A stretch of DNA of 64,000 bases from a virus (IMGVR_UViG_3300020048_000009:96001-160000); one strand, 5' to 3'; positions 9,863-22,308 are shown, counted from the first letter of the stretch. The notes: generated by a model from the sequence alone, not told the origin. Numbers and translations are program-made.

Positions 9863-10948
9863 AAAATTAGAATAAAAATATTAAATACATTATTCATATT
9901 GAATAGTGTATTTCATACTTTATAAAGGCTATTATATTAATATCTTAAATGACATTAACTAATGTATAAAGGATTTTATGATAATTAATAATATTGAAGA
10001 AGCCCAAGCTTTAGTGAATAGAGTTTTAGTATTCAATAAAAAGGTAGAAAATACGGAAACCGATTTTGATGTCGGGATGAAAGCTCTTGTAACAGGTGTT
10101 TATTTAAAAGATGATATTTTGCATATTAATTTAGATTTTTCAAAATTTGAAGAATATAATAAAACATTAATGCAATCGACATACTGGGATAAAGAAGGAA
10201 AGCCTACACTTAAATGGTGTGAAACTCCTTATTATCCTAAAGACTGTAAAACTACAGAATATTGTGCACTTTATGATGATGAGCAATGTCCGTTTGATGT
10301 AGAAGATACATCTCCACTTTTTAGATATTCGGTACAAGAGTTAATTGATGAATTAAAATCTAGAAATGTTATGTCATTTGATGAGTCTGGATATGTTATT
10401 CAATCTATTAATGAGGAGAAATAATATGCCTGATAAAAAACCACAAGTGAAATATGTTACCGTTAAGCATGATGGATATGTTTTTCATATTAATTCTAAC
10501 AGTTTCTATAAAACCCCTGTACATGTTGGAACTGCCCCTATCGGTTGGTATAATGATTATAATGGATTTTTACAGATAATTTATAGGGATAGTGTTTATG
10601 GTGCTGCTGTTACAAGAAAAATGCCGGCTAAAGAAGAATAGGAGTATATTTATGAAGAAAATAATTGTATTGTTTGTTTGTTTAATGTCACTGTGTGGTT
10701 ATTGTAATTATAATACCCAACAAGTTGTTCTAGTTAATTGTGTTGGTTCTCCTGATATTACATTTCTTTCTAAATGTTTGAGTGAGGGGTGGAGAATTGT
10801 AAATTCAACTCCTATTACAAACTCTAAAAGAGAGCATTCTATAAGTGGACCAATATCTATAGTATATACTTCGTACATTATATACATTATTGAAAAAGAA
10901 GTTATAGAAGATCGTGCAACTGAACATAAAAGAACCGGGAAATAATTT

Positions 10949-11434
10949 ATGGCAAAAAATATTAAAGATGCTGGTAAATGGGTTATCGTTAAAAATTCTA
11001 AAAATCTTAATGTTGGTGATAGGATCCGATATTATGATTCTTCATTTAAATATGGATATACCGATAGCTCTATGGGTATTAATAGGCATAGATTTGTAAA
11101 ACAAATTTTTGAAGAAAATGAAGTATCTTCTGCTGATGAAACAGGCAGGATAACATGTAATGATATTTTTAGAAATGGTTTTACTAAAATTGAAGTATGG
11201 GTGCCATCAGGAAATGTTAAAAAGTTGAGAAACGATAATAAAGAAAAAACACTTATCATATCTATTCATAAATGTTCTGGTAAATATTCACTTCAAATTA
11301 AGTTTCAATCTTCTATTGAAATTTATGGATATTCACCATATAATTATCGTTTAAAGCATAAAGCAATAGAAGCTGCAGAAAAATTTTGTAATGAATTGGG
11401 TTTAATCTGTATCATCGAAGATAAAAGCGAATAA
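10949..11434 (+). CDS. Hypothetical, paralog of 8128
   Basis: AGKWVIVK...LNVGDRIRY...Y.LKHKAIEAAEKFCNELG. Confidence 0.75.
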   Translation: MAKNIKDAGKWVIVKNSKNLNVGDRIRYYDSSFKYGYTDSSMGINRHRFVKQIFEENEVSSADETGRITCNDIFRNGFTKIEVWVPSGNVKKLRNDNKEKTLIISIHKCSGKYSLQIKFQSSIEIYGYSPYNYRLKHKAIEAAEKFCNELGLICIIEDKSE

Positions 11435-12058
11435 TATTATGACAAAAGAACAAATTATAGAAAATTTTCAAAAGGCTATTCAAGGTAGACTTGATAATGC
11501 CATTTCTTATCAGAATAATCTGTATTTTGATAAGCTTTTAGAATTTTGTAATACTGATTATGGGTATTTATTATTTTTTCCTATTGCAAAAGGTTATTTC
11601 AATTGTGGTATTCAATTTGACCATTTTTGTGAATTATTCGACAGAATTGATTATGCTTGCACTGATTGCGGCATGATGCTTTGTCATGTTGTTACTGAAT
11701 ACGCATTTACTAAAGACCCTGTATTTATTAAAAGATTTAATGTTGATCCCATCCTGCAATATAAAAATACTTTTATCTTAAATCGTGATTACAATGATTA
11801 TAATAAAGAAGTTGTTTTAGAAACAGCCATAACCCATTTCAATTATGAAAAACATACTTTAAAAGAAATTCATTCTACTCCAATGAATTATGCTCTTATA
11901 GATTTTCTATATAGTATTATTCCAGATATTAAAAACTTTAAAGAATTATCTAAGCTTGATGATAACGGTGAAGCTTCCATGAAAGCTGAAAAACTTTTAG
12001 AACAAAAAATAGTAGATTATATTAAAAACGCTAAATTTTATTATGTTCAAAGGTTTTA

Positions 12059-12088
12059 GTGTATTAGTATATTAAGTTTTGTTATAAT
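12059..12088 (+). promoter_or_regulatory. Putative promoter GTGTAT-N18-TATAAT overlapping the upstream TAG stop
   Basis: Exact motif; G of TAG (12059) is the first base. Confidence 0.7.
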
Positions 12089-12121
12089 AGGTTTTTATTA
12101 AATTAATAAAGGAGAGTTGTT

Positions 12122-12550
12122 ATGATGACGTGTCATTTTGTTTGTATGGGTTTGATATTTTTTGGTTTATTTTTAATGACTATTGATTTTATATTATTTT
12201 CTAATGCTGTTGGAAATCCTGATAGTCGAGATGTTGCAGTAACCGGTGTGATGATTATACTTTTTACTCTCATTTTTGGTTTTGGTATGTGGTGCACATG
12301 GGCAACCCAAAGATATGAGATTAAAGAAATTGAGCCGACTGAAATTGTTAGATTTAAAGATAGTCTAATTGTTAAATATGAAAGATCTAGACTTGAAGAT
12401 GATACCGTACGTATTTATAATGCTGATGATAAAGATATAGTAATTATTAGAAAGATCGCATATAATTCTTATAATTGTCGGAGCTATTTTGATTATGATG
12501 TACTTGGAATCAGATCAAATAAAGTTCAAAATGTTGAGAAGTCAAAATAA
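12122..12550 (+). CDS. Two-TM membrane protein (paralog of 9470)
   Basis: Two N-terminal TM segments, EIEPTEIVRFKDSLIVKY...IYNADD. Confidence 0.65.
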   Translation: MMTCHFVCMGLIFFGLFLMTIDFILFSNAVGNPDSRDVAVTGVMIILFTLIFGFGMWCTWATQRYEIKEIEPTEIVRFKDSLIVKYERSRLEDDTVRIYNADDKDIVIIRKIAYNSYNCRSYFDYDVLGIRSNKVQNVEKSK

Positions 12551-12989
12551 TGAAACTGTATATTTTATATAGAGGTAGGAGTAAGAGTAATTTAAAGCCG
12601 ATAATGATTGATCGTATAGAAAAGGTCGATAATTATTATAAGACATTAATTAAATCTGATCCTGGAAGCGGTAAGACTTGGCATTATGATATTCAAATGG
12701 CACCTTCTGATGCAGAAGTCTGGAGAAAGAATAATAATTCTAATCAATGGACTAACTATAATTCGTCTAATCCACCTAAAGTAAAAAATGGAAGTAGGTT
12801 TTAAATGTTAAGTATTGAACAACTAAAAAAATTAAGTACTCAGAGACTTGTTGCCTATAAAAGAAAGTATTTTCCTAGAGAAATTGGAAATCCTTTTGAA
12901 TACCAAAAAGAATATAATGCATATCATGCTGCAATTAAAAATATTCTAAAGACCAGGGGACATGTTAAAAGAAAACATGAAAAAGCTTA

Positions 12990-13019
12990 GTGTATTATTT
13001 TTAATGTTTTTTATATAAT
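12990..13019 (+). promoter_or_regulatory. Putative promoter GTGTAT-N18-TATAAT
   Basis: Exact motif overlapping the TAG stop of ORF 12805. Confidence 0.7.
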
Positions 13020-13198
13020 AACATTATTAAAAGGATAATTATGAATGTACGAAAAACAAATAAAAAGATATTAGCCGCATGGTTTGAATATAAAGAAATG
13101 CCTAATGTTTCAGATAGATTAAGCGTGCCTTCTTTTGTTGCTGGTTATCAGTTTGCAATAAGAGATCAAAAGCGAAAAGTTTCTAAAAAGAAATAATT

Positions 13199-13477
13199 AT
13201 GTCTGAATTATCAAAAAGTAGAGTTGTTTGTGCCGCCTGTAGAAATAAAGCAGGAGTTATTGTTTGTGGTCCTAGACATTTAGATGGAACCATGAGGGCT
13301 TTGTTTACTTTAACGGGTGGAAGAGATGCTTGGCTTTCTTGTGAACAAGGTTTTGTAGATCAGCATGGTAAATTTCTTACCAGAGAAGAAGCCCATATTA
13401 TTGCAACAGAAAATAATCAATTTTATAGACATTGTGGCGGTGATAAAGAAACACTTTATTCTGAAAATCTTTATTAA
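13199..13477 (+). CDS. Conserved phage-type hypothetical protein
   Basis: GPRH.D...EQGFVDQHGKFLTREEA pattern; function unknown. Confidence 0.7.
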   Translation: MSELSKSRVVCAACRNKAGVIVCGPRHLDGTMRALFTLTGGRDAWLSCEQGFVDQHGKFLTREEAHIIATENNQFYRHCGGDKETLYSENLY

Positions 13478-13820
13478 TAAGAGAAAAACATTATGAAAGA
13501 TAAAATGAATTGGATTTTTGTGGCTGTTTTGGTTACCTTTGGTATATTGTTTTATTTTCAGGGAATTCAATATTCTAATATAACTGAATTGGAAACTGAA
13601 TTTAAAGCGCATTCCCATCATATTGAAATAAATCTTGATACTGGTAGAGTAACAGAACATTATGAATAAAAAAGAAGATAGTGAACTTTTAATGTATTTT
13701 GAAAGAAGTAGTGGTTATCCTGGATATAGATGTCAAAGATGTGGAAAATGGGAATATCTACAAGACGCATCAAAGCATAAATGTCCAGAACAAACTTCTT
13801 CAAATAACAAATAAAGTTCA

Positions 13821-13850
13821 GTGTATATTGTGAAGTAAAATATGCATAAT
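13821..13850 (+). promoter_or_regulatory. Putative promoter GTGTAT-N18-CATAAT
   Basis: Upstream of the 13887/14193 membrane operon. Confidence 0.65.
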
Positions 13851-13886
13851 ATGTATATTAATTGATTAAATGTAAGGAGTATAAAA

Positions 13887-14162
13887 ATGAAGGCATTGAA
13901 GGTCGTACTATGGGTTATGGTTATTTCTGGTGGTTTGCTATTTAGCAATATTTGGACAAACGCTCTAGAACCCCATGTTTTAGCTGATGCATCTATTGCC
14001 GCTGTTAATGGCAAGGATGGGGACGCAATGAAGCTTAATATACTTCAAACGAATAAGCATGTTGGGGCAAAGGTTGGTGGTGTTGTAATGATGATTGGTA
14101 TCATCGGAATTCTCTGGGTATTGTGCCCAAAGAAGGGTGAAGGTCAAAAGACGGTAGTATAA
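13887..14162 (+). CDS. Two-TM membrane protein upstream of SPFH gene
   Basis: AAGGAG SD; two hydrophobic helices. Confidence 0.75.
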   Translation: MKALKVVLWVMVISGGLLFSNIWTNALEPHVLADASIAAVNGKDGDAMKLNILQTNKHVGAKVGGVVMMIGIIGILWVLCPKKGEGQKTVV

Positions 14163-14192
14163 GTAATAACAATAAAAAGGAAAAGATTAAGT

Positions 14193-15275
14193 ATGAAGAA
14201 GAATATGTTTATGTATGGTATTATGGCGGCATGTATTGCAATGGTTACGGTAAATACGGGCTGTATTAAGCCTTATGATGTTCCTGAGTATGTTGATGTT
14301 AAGACGAGTGAAACGGCTTTTGTTATCAAGCTCGAGGGTGATAGCAGTAAGCAGGCAAAGTTTGATTCCGCAGAGAAGTTGGCTTCTAACAAGGTTGCTT
14401 CTAAGCGTATTCAGGTTACGCATCGTTGGAACCAGACGGGACGATGGGAGCATATTGGGGAATGGATTCCTGAAATTGCAGTAATTAAGGTTGATCGTTC
14501 GCCTGTAACGGTCCAATGGGAAAGTATTGAGACTGCGGGAAAATCAAAAGATAATGCAATTTGGGTAGAGTCTGCAGATTCTGTAGGATTTTCTATGGGA
14601 TTTTCTGTGACGGCATTTATTAAAGAGGAAAATGCGGCATTGTTCCTATATATGTATCCAACGGGTGGTCTTAAGGCTGTTATTGACAGTGAAGTAAGAG
14701 CTCGAATTCAACAGGTTGCGGCCGATGTTTCTTCTAAATATACTCTTGATAATCTAAGAGATAAGAAAGCAGAAATCTCGGACGGTGTACGAAAAGATAT
14801 TGTGCCCTTCTTCGAAACTCGTGGAATTACAATCACTACTGTCGGTATGTTCGGCGGTATGACATATGAAAATCCAAAGATTCAAGATGCCATCGATCAG
14901 ACGTTCATCGCTCAACAAGAAAAGGTTGTATCAAAAGCTATCCTTGATGCACAAGCTGATAAGAATAAGAAAATTGAGCTAGAAGCTGAAGCTAAGGCTA
15001 AAGCATCTGAAACTGAAGCTAAGGGTATTGCTAATGGTAACTTGCTAAAGGCAGAGGCTGAAGCTAAGGGCATTGAAGCGGTTAATCTTGCAATCGCTAA
15101 AGCTAATAACAACCCGATGCTAATTGAGCTTCGTAAGATTGAAGTCCAAAAGGCTCAAATGGAAAAGTGGTCAGGCAAGTATCCTGATACGGTTGTAGGT
15201 GATGGCGCAAATACATGGGTTGGCCTGTCATCTAATGTAGAAAAAGCAAATATTGTAAGTACTTCTACTAAGTAA
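14193..15275 (+). CDS. SPFH/Band-7 (prohibitin/flotillin-like) protein, possible lipoprotein
   Basis: Hydrophobic N-terminus ending NTG-C; SPFH-like core (FETRGITITTVG); AEAEAKGI coiled-coil repeats; IEKW.G..P tail. Confidence 0.8.
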   Translation: MKKNMFMYGIMAACIAMVTVNTGCIKPYDVPEYVDVKTSETAFVIKLEGDSSKQAKFDSAEKLASNKVASKRIQVTHRWNQTGRWEHIGEWIPEIAVIKVDRSPVTVQWESIETAGKSKDNAIWVESADSVGFSMGFSVTAFIKEENAALFLYMYPTGGLKAVIDSEVRARIQQVAADVSSKYTLDNLRDKKAEISDGVRKDIVPFFETRGITITTVGMFGGMTYENPKIQDAIDQTFIAQQEKVVSKAILDAQADKNKKIELEAEAKAKASETEAKGIANGNLLKAEAEAKGIEAVNLAIAKANNNPMLIELRKIEVQKAQMEKWSGKYPDTVVGDGANTWVGLSSNVEKANIVSTSTK

Positions 15276-15285
15276 TACATATAAC

Positions 15286-15320
15286 AAAAAACCCATCGGA
15301 AATATTTCCGATGGGTTTTT
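15286..15320 (+). terminator. Intrinsic (likely bidirectional) terminator
   Basis: AAAAAACCCATCGGAAA-TA-TTTCCGATGGGTTTTT hairpin 10 nt after the SPFH stop. Confidence 0.85.
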
Positions 15321-15331
15321 CTCTTTTAATA

Positions 15332-15361
15332 GTGTATTATAGGGTTAAGATTATGTATAAT
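15332..15361 (+). promoter_or_regulatory. Putative promoter GTGTAT-N18-TATAAT
   Basis: Exact motif right after the terminator. Confidence 0.75.
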
Positions 15362-17329
15362 AATTTTATTCAAGTTTAAATAAGGAGCGTCAAATGAGTT
15401 ATGTTGATTGTATGAGAGATAATATTGATTGGGATTGTGTTGTTGGTTGGATTATTGCTATTTTATTTGTATCGTTTGTTGTATTTCTTATTGCTGGAGT
15501 AACAATATCTGGAATAAACGAACAAAAGGAATTTAAACGCCAATGTGTTATTCAAGATACTTTCTTTAAGGGAGAGCATGAACTTCAATGTTTAGGTAAT
15601 AAGAGTTCTATGTCTGGAAGCTTTACATATTCACGTTCTCTTTTCGGCGGAAGCGGTTCGGGTAGTATGACAGGAAGTGAAAGTGTTAAATTTATCTGGA
15701 AAAATGAAGACACAAGTATGCTTATTCCAACAGTTCTTCCTGTTAATAAAGTTAAAATAGTACTCTTAGGTAAAGATGATCCTAGAAAACCTTTTGTTCA
15801 GTTTGGATGTTGGTATTATACTCGTGATTATGGCGCATTTGAAAACAATTGGATGTCTAATGTTATTATTGCATATGTCTGTATTAAAGAAGAACAAGTA
15901 GATAATAACATTTATTTTAAATTAGACACTGATAATACAAACGTTGAAAGATAAGGAGAAAGTTTATGGAAGTTATATATTGGTTGGGATTGGTTTTATT
16001 TTGGCTGACGGCGATGATATTAGATGCATCATATGAATCTAAAGAAGGATGTGGTTATGACTTTGGTGAATTTATGGTTGGTGCTATGTTTATGTTAGCG
16101 CTTTCAGTGGTTTGGCCGGTTGTGATAATGCTTTTGATTTTTGTCGGATCGTTATATTGTTTATTTAAACTGTTAAAATTAATTTTTAAAATAAAATAAG
16201 GAGCGTATATAAAAATGAACTGGAAATTCTGGAAGAAAGAGATTATAGAAGATGATCCCGTAGAAGAAGTTGTACCAAAAGTATGGGTCGTACGAGATCC
16301 TGTGACTATCATGAAGATTGCACAATTATGGGATGACATGATTAAAGCAGAAAGAACGGCTGTTACTACTATGGCTCTTAGATTATATTTAAGGGAAATT
16401 CTGGATATTGGTGATGCAAGTGTTTATGTTGCATTTAAAGCTCGCAGTATTCAAATTACAGAAAATTTGGAGGATTAAAAAATGTTTAAGATTAAAAATT
16501 CTACGAAAGCTATCTTTTTTACATTGGGTTTGTGTCTTCTTACAGGAATAGCTGCTCAATGCTCATTGGTAAGTATTTCAGTAAGTCTTGGGTTTATGAC
16601 CGTTATCGCTTTTATTTTTTTTGGTGTATGTCTTACTAAAGAACTTGATGGACAAGATTAAAGGTTTATTATGGGAAAATACCTAGTATTAGTTATAGCC
16701 GCTCTTTTAACAGGGTGCTCAACCTTTAAAGTTGATTCTATTGATTTAAATATATATGCAGAATCGGATTATGCTTTTATTAAAATCGGTTTAGTTTTCG
16801 GAAATACCCAATATAATCAGTATAATGAAGATTATTATATTGAAAGTATGCGGGATACTTTTAAAGGTAGGGGTAACGGCGGCGGATCTTCTGGGTGTTC
16901 AAATTGTTCTCTTAGATAGGATATATTATGAGTAAGTGTTCTATGATAGTTAGAAAGATTCCAAATAATAGTATTCGTATTACTTTGAGTCTTTTAAATT
17001 TTAGTATTCCAGAATTGAATACCATTCAAAACTGTAGAAAATTTGTTCTTGGCGGGTTTTGGCTTACTACTGAAGATTCTAAAATACAAGAGCAATTAAT
17101 TAATCTTTTTGGAGAGGATAATCTTGAATTGATTAATTGTAATGACGGAGAAGTGGATAGATATACTGGTTGTTTTGTAGATGGAGATGCTCTTAAATTA
17201 AATGAAGCCGAAGAATGGTATAATGGTTTAACTGAATATGAACAAAATAATGTTCAGGTTCTAATTAAAGAATGGGGTTTACACCCTGCAATGGCTTATC
17301 CAGCAATGGGCTAAAAATAGGATAATATA

Positions 17330-17743
17330 ATGCCTAAAATACCAAATGATGTTTTCTATTCAGAGATTGCACAAACTATCGCTAAGCGTTCATATGCTAA
17401 ACGTAAGCAGGTGGGAGCTGTCGCAGTAAAGGATAATAATATAATAGCCTATGGCTACAATGGCATGCCAAGCGGTATGGATAACGTTTGTGAAGACCAA
17501 AATGGTGAGACTAAACCCGAAGTGCTTCATGCTGAATTAAACCTTATATGTAAATGTGCTAAAGCTGGAATTTCTTTAGAAGATTCTACAATATATATAA
17601 CACTCTCTCCCTGTATAAATTGTGCCAAATTGATTTTACAGTGTGGTATTAAAAATGTTTTCTATATTCAAGAGCATACTAATTTAGAAGGTATACATTT
17701 TCTAAAAAATAATGGTATTAATATCGAACAAATCTTGAAGTAG
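17330..17743 (+). CDS. dCMP deaminase (cytidine/deoxycytidylate deaminase family)
   Basis: S.AKRKQVGAV, GYNG, HAELN, TLSPCINC zinc motifs. Confidence 0.92.
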   Translation: MPKIPNDVFYSEIAQTIAKRSYAKRKQVGAVAVKDNNIIAYGYNGMPSGMDNVCEDQNGETKPEVLHAELNLICKCAKAGISLEDSTIYITLSPCINCAKLILQCGIKNVFYIQEHTNLEGIHFLKNNGINIEQILK

Positions 17744-17747
17744 TTTG

Positions 17748-17777
17748 GTGTATTTGCCTCTTAATTTTCAATATAAT
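17748..17777 (+). promoter_or_regulatory. Putative promoter GTGTAT-N18-TATAAT
   Basis: Exact motif upstream of ORF 17817. Confidence 0.7.
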
Positions 17778-17816
17778 TATTATATTGAATGTTTAAATGT
17801 TTAAAGGAAAAACAAT

Positions 17817-18278
17817 ATGAAAAAGATTTTAGATGAATCAAAAGGCCAATGGGTAGCAGTCAAAAAGTTTAAAGATGTACAAGATGGCCAATTTATTAGG
17901 TACGTCTATGGTGATGGTGATAAATGTGGATATTCTGATAATGATAGAAGGGTTCTTCGCCTTAATGATGATGGCACCTTTGATACATTAATAAATGGTG
18001 AAAGTAATGCCGTTGGTGTATATAACTTCTTTAAGTTTTTTAACAACCTGGTTGTTGTGGAAGCCTTTATTGAATTTACTTTGGTGAATAAAACAGTAAA
18101 AGTATACATTGACGACTGTATGAATGGTAAGGGTTTTTGTTTTGAAGTAAAATTTGCATCCAAGATAGATACAATGACATGTTCAGGGAGTTATACCCTT
18201 AGGAGTTCTGCTATTAGAGCGGCTAAACGTTTTTGTGAAGATTTGGGTTTTAAATGTGAAATTGTAAAAGCAAAGTAA
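17817..18278 (+). CDS. Hypothetical, paralog of 8128
   Basis: KGQWVAVK...YTLRSSAIRAAKRFCEDLG. Confidence 0.75.
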   Translation: MKKILDESKGQWVAVKKFKDVQDGQFIRYVYGDGDKCGYSDNDRRVLRLNDDGTFDTLINGESNAVGVYNFFKFFNNLVVVEAFIEFTLVNKTVKVYIDDCMNGKGFCFEVKFASKIDTMTCSGSYTLRSSAIRAAKRFCEDLGFKCEIVKAK

Positions 18279-18292
18279 GAGGGAATTATATT

Positions 18293-19198
18293 ATGGGTTA
18301 CGCACATATTGAAAATTTATATAAGAATACATTGATTCTTCAGTTTAAGAAATGTTATGAGATGGAAAAGACTCATGGAACATCTGCACATATCAAGAGA
18401 AATAAAGACGGAACTATTACTTTTTCTTCAGGTGGAGCATCACATAATGTTTTCGTAAGTCTTTTTAATGAAGAGGAACTTAAAGCAAAGTTTATTGAAC
18501 ATTTCGGTGGTGTTAGTACTGTTACAATATATGGTGAAGCTTATGGTGGTAAGGAACAAGGAATGCGCCTTACTTATGGTGATAAGTTATGCTTTATTGT
18601 TTTTGATATTTCTGTTACCAATGATGACAAAGAACTTTGGCTAGATGTTCCAGTTGCTGCAGATTTTGCAGCTAAGATGGGATTAGAATTTACACCATAT
18701 TCAGAAATTGAAGCGACACTTGAGAATATCAATGCTGCTAGAGATAAACCCTCAGAGGTTGCCGTTCGTAGAGGATGTGGAAATAACGTAGATAAGTTTG
18801 GTTTTAATCCTCCTATTAGAGAGGGTACTGTACTTCGTCCTCTAATCCAAGTGGTTGATATGTATGGAAACCGTATTGTTTCTAAGCATAAAAGAGATGA
18901 ATTTTCTGAGAGAGCTCAAACCCCTAAAGTAGAAGATGCTGCTAAAATTAAGGTTTTAGAGGAAGCAACAGCTATCGCAGAGGAATGGGTTACTCCAATG
19001 CGTCTTGAGCATGTTCTTGATAAAATGGGGAACACTAGAGATTTGCAGAAAATTCCTCAGCTTATCGTGGCGATGATTGAAGATGTATACCGTGAAGGTA
19101 AGGGCGAAATTGTAGAAAATAAAGATGTAGAAAAAGCTATCGGCAAGAAGGCGGTTCATCTTTTCAAAACATTGGTGAAGACAGAAAATCTTAAGTAA
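18293..19198 (+). CDS. RNA ligase, Rnl2-like family
   Basis: Motif I EKTHGTS, YGEAYG, FIVFDI, REGTVLRP, VSKHK. Confidence 0.82.
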   Translation: MGYAHIENLYKNTLILQFKKCYEMEKTHGTSAHIKRNKDGTITFSSGGASHNVFVSLFNEEELKAKFIEHFGGVSTVTIYGEAYGGKEQGMRLTYGDKLCFIVFDISVTNDDKELWLDVPVAADFAAKMGLEFTPYSEIEATLENINAARDKPSEVAVRRGCGNNVDKFGFNPPIREGTVLRPLIQVVDMYGNRIVSKHKRDEFSERAQTPKVEDAAKIKVLEEATAIAEEWVTPMRLEHVLDKMGNTRDLQKIPQLIVAMIEDVYREGKGEIVENKDVEKAIGKKAVHLFKTLVKTENLK

Positions 19199-19806
19199 AT
19201 GAATACTCTTAGATATAGATATTTTATAAATCATCCTGATAATAAGGATAAATGGAAAACCATTTTATTTATACGATATGACAATATCGATAGAAAGTGT
19301 TTATATTATCTAAATAATTCTCAATTGGAATCTAGAACAACCCTGGCTGGATATTCAATTGATGAATTACAAGAATTAGCATTACATAATAAGTTAGTAG
19401 AAGTAAAAATTAGAATATTCACTTATGCTGATGCTCCAATGTATTTAATTGAATCCATCAATAAAGAAAAGATGACACAAGTAATTTATTATCGTAGATA
19501 TGCCGATAGTTATACTAATATTGATGAAGATCAGCTTGAGTCTATTTTAAAGGAAATCGCCGAGAAAAGGTATACTGAAGTAACAGATAATACAGAAATT
19601 AATTTAGAACAATTATATCTGTATATTAATAAAAACGATCCACTTAGACAAGTATTAGTATCGCAGTCCAGATTAGCAGAAACACAAGAGATTTTTAGAA
19701 AATGTAACAATTCCTTATCTGAAAATTATATTGAAATTTTTCTTGGGGCTATTCATATATATAATGAATTTGCTATGACTAACTCACAAATAAGGAAATA
19801 TATTTA

Positions 19807-20196
19807 ATGAAAACAAAAAGTAATTGGGAAAGAGTTGAAAATTCATCTTCACTTAAAATTGGAGATAGAGTAAGATACTGGAATAAAAAAGTAGTCTTTG
19901 GTAAAGATATTAAAGATAAAAGAATCGTTCGAAGTATTCATGCAAATGGTAGTGCAAGCAGCCAACATGCTAAAAATATTTTTGATTGGGCTAATGTAGA
20001 AGTTCTTAGAAAGAACCCGAAAGTTATTGAGTTCTTTATTGTCTATATGAATGATGAATGTTATTTTAATGCAAATATTGATAAGCCGTTTAATATTGCT
20101 ATTAAATCTAGACTTTATAAACATAAAAGAAGTTTAGTACGGGCAGCAAAACGTTTATGCGAAGTATTTGGATGCACATATAAGGAACTTAAGTAA
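19807..20196 (+). CDS. Hypothetical, paralog of 8128
   Basis: SNWERV...LKIGDRVRY...YKHKRSLVRAAKRLCEVFG. Confidence 0.75.
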   Translation: MKTKSNWERVENSSSLKIGDRVRYWNKKVVFGKDIKDKRIVRSIHANGSASSQHAKNIFDWANVEVLRKNPKVIEFFIVYMNDECYFNANIDKPFNIAIKSRLYKHKRSLVRAAKRLCEVFGCTYKELK

Positions 20197-20206
20197 AGGA
20201 AATATT

Positions 20207-20569
20207 ATGTTTAGTATTATTATGCTGGTTTGTTCATTTATTATTGGGTGTTTGTGTTTAACTGATTATATGGCGACAATGCATCCTAATGGAGCATGCA
20301 ATATTTTTGGTGTATGTTTTATTGTGTTTTTATCAAGTATTATCATGACAATGATTGAACCAGTAAAAGAAATATCAACACCTGTAAAAATTCTACAGAT
20401 TTATAAAACCCCTGATAGAATGATTATTATTCATGAAAAGGGTGAAATTGTTACTAAAGATATTTCTATCTATACTGTAGATACTAATAATATTAGTATT
20501 GTTGAAAATGGTGGAAAAAATATATATGGTTGGAATACCCTATCTGATTTTCAAATTAAGGTTAAATAA
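20207..20569 (+). CDS. Two-TM membrane protein (paralog of 9470)
   Basis: AAGGA SD favours ATG 20207 over 20168; IYKTPDRMII...KDISIY. Confidence 0.65.
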   Translation: MFSIIMLVCSFIIGCLCLTDYMATMHPNGACNIFGVCFIVFLSSIIMTMIEPVKEISTPVKILQIYKTPDRMIIIHEKGEIVTKDISIYTVDTNNISIVENGGKNIYGWNTLSDFQIKVK

Positions 20570-22308
20570 AATGGATGAAGAACTAAGACAAGTTTATTGG
20601 GATACTGTAAAAAATCAATTCTATTGGATTTCCTGGTTTGATACAGGAAATGGTGAAATACCAACAAGGCATTATATCCAGGTTGTTGTACAAAATTTAG
20701 TAAAATAGTATAATTTAAAATAAGGAACAATAATGCTTCGAAAATTTAAAAAATGTGATGTTGTAGAATGGGTAAGCCAAAGTCATGGTACGTATACTTT
20801 TAAAGTGGGTACCGTTGTGGCAGTTATTCCACCAGAAGGTTTTCCACAGGATTATCTTCAAGGCATATATAAAGCTAGGTCCTTTGGTTTTACTAGAAAC
20901 CATGAATCATATTTAATTCAAGAAGTGAATAAGTCTTATGTTTCATGGCCGCTTGTTAAGAATCTTAAACCTTCTTTCCATAGAACATTCGATTGTACTA
21001 AAGAAAGAATGGAAGAACTAAATTTAATTATGTATCGAGAGAGGGCAGAAGAAGCATTATATGCATGTCTTGATAAAGTGAATAGTTCTTCTAATAAGAA
21101 AGCTCTTGAACAAGTTAAAAAGTATTACGACTATATAGAAAAAGCACTTTAAGGAAAATTATGCGTACAATTGGAATGAGTTCACAATTATTTGAGTTTC
21201 TAAAAGAAAATGAAAAAGGTGGAGTCGCCTTTAGCTTTTGGCCTAAAAAGTTTCAATCTGAATTTGAAAATTTTAAAGAAAAAGATCCAACTCTTTTTAA
21301 AGTTTTTGGTTCACAGGGATGGCATCAATGTGATAATATATTTTGTTTAGACTCTTCTGTTTATTCTATATGTTCAGATGTAGACTTAAAAGAATCAAAA
21401 GATTATTGGTATTATGTTCCTATTAAAAGGGAATACGCTGAACTTTGTCATAACATCTATGAAATTATGATAAAGGATATGACCACTCCCAATTGCGGTA
21501 TCGTTAAAATTCCTATAACATGGGCACCTTCATTTGAAGGATTTGCAGGATATGAACATGAAAAAAATCCTGGAGAGTTTCTTTCAAATATTGATTATAC
21601 TTTAGGTAAAGTTACACGGGTTAGATTTGTTTAAAATGAATACTGATTTAAAAATTATATGGGTTGGTGATAAAAATTTTTCAAAAGACGGGTTTCCTTT
21701 ATATATAGGATATGTAGAGGATAAACCTATCTATGAGGTTTTAGATACTCTTGATGGTATTATTGCCATGTTTGAAGGGGTTTATCTAAAAGATAGAATT
21801 TTAGTTTCTATTAAATCAGATGTAACTTATCCATTTTATTATAATTCTATAGCTGATGCAAAGATAGAGTGTCAAAAACATTTAGATACTTTTGGAAAAG
21901 ATGCAACTGTTAATATGAGATTACAGCATAAAATTAATTTATCAGAAAAAATTAAAAATTTTTGGGGAAAATTCAGAGGCTAAAAATTAATGAAAATTGT
22001 AGTTAATAAAGGCTGTACTTCTGATTCTATTATTATAGATGGTAAAAATATAAATGATTTGAATGAATCAGATATTCTAGATTATCTTTTACCAAAAGTT
22101 AAAGAAGCTTGTTTAAATAATCAATTTAGTATTAGAGAGATTATTGAACTTTTTCAATATGATGATGAAGTAGATCTGGGATATTGTGAAACATGTTTCG
22201 ATAATGCTTACAGTATAACATATAATATTTAAAAAATATGGTGTATAATATTTTAAAGTTATACTATCATATATACATAACGTAAACACAAACAAGGAAC
22301 AAATTAAT

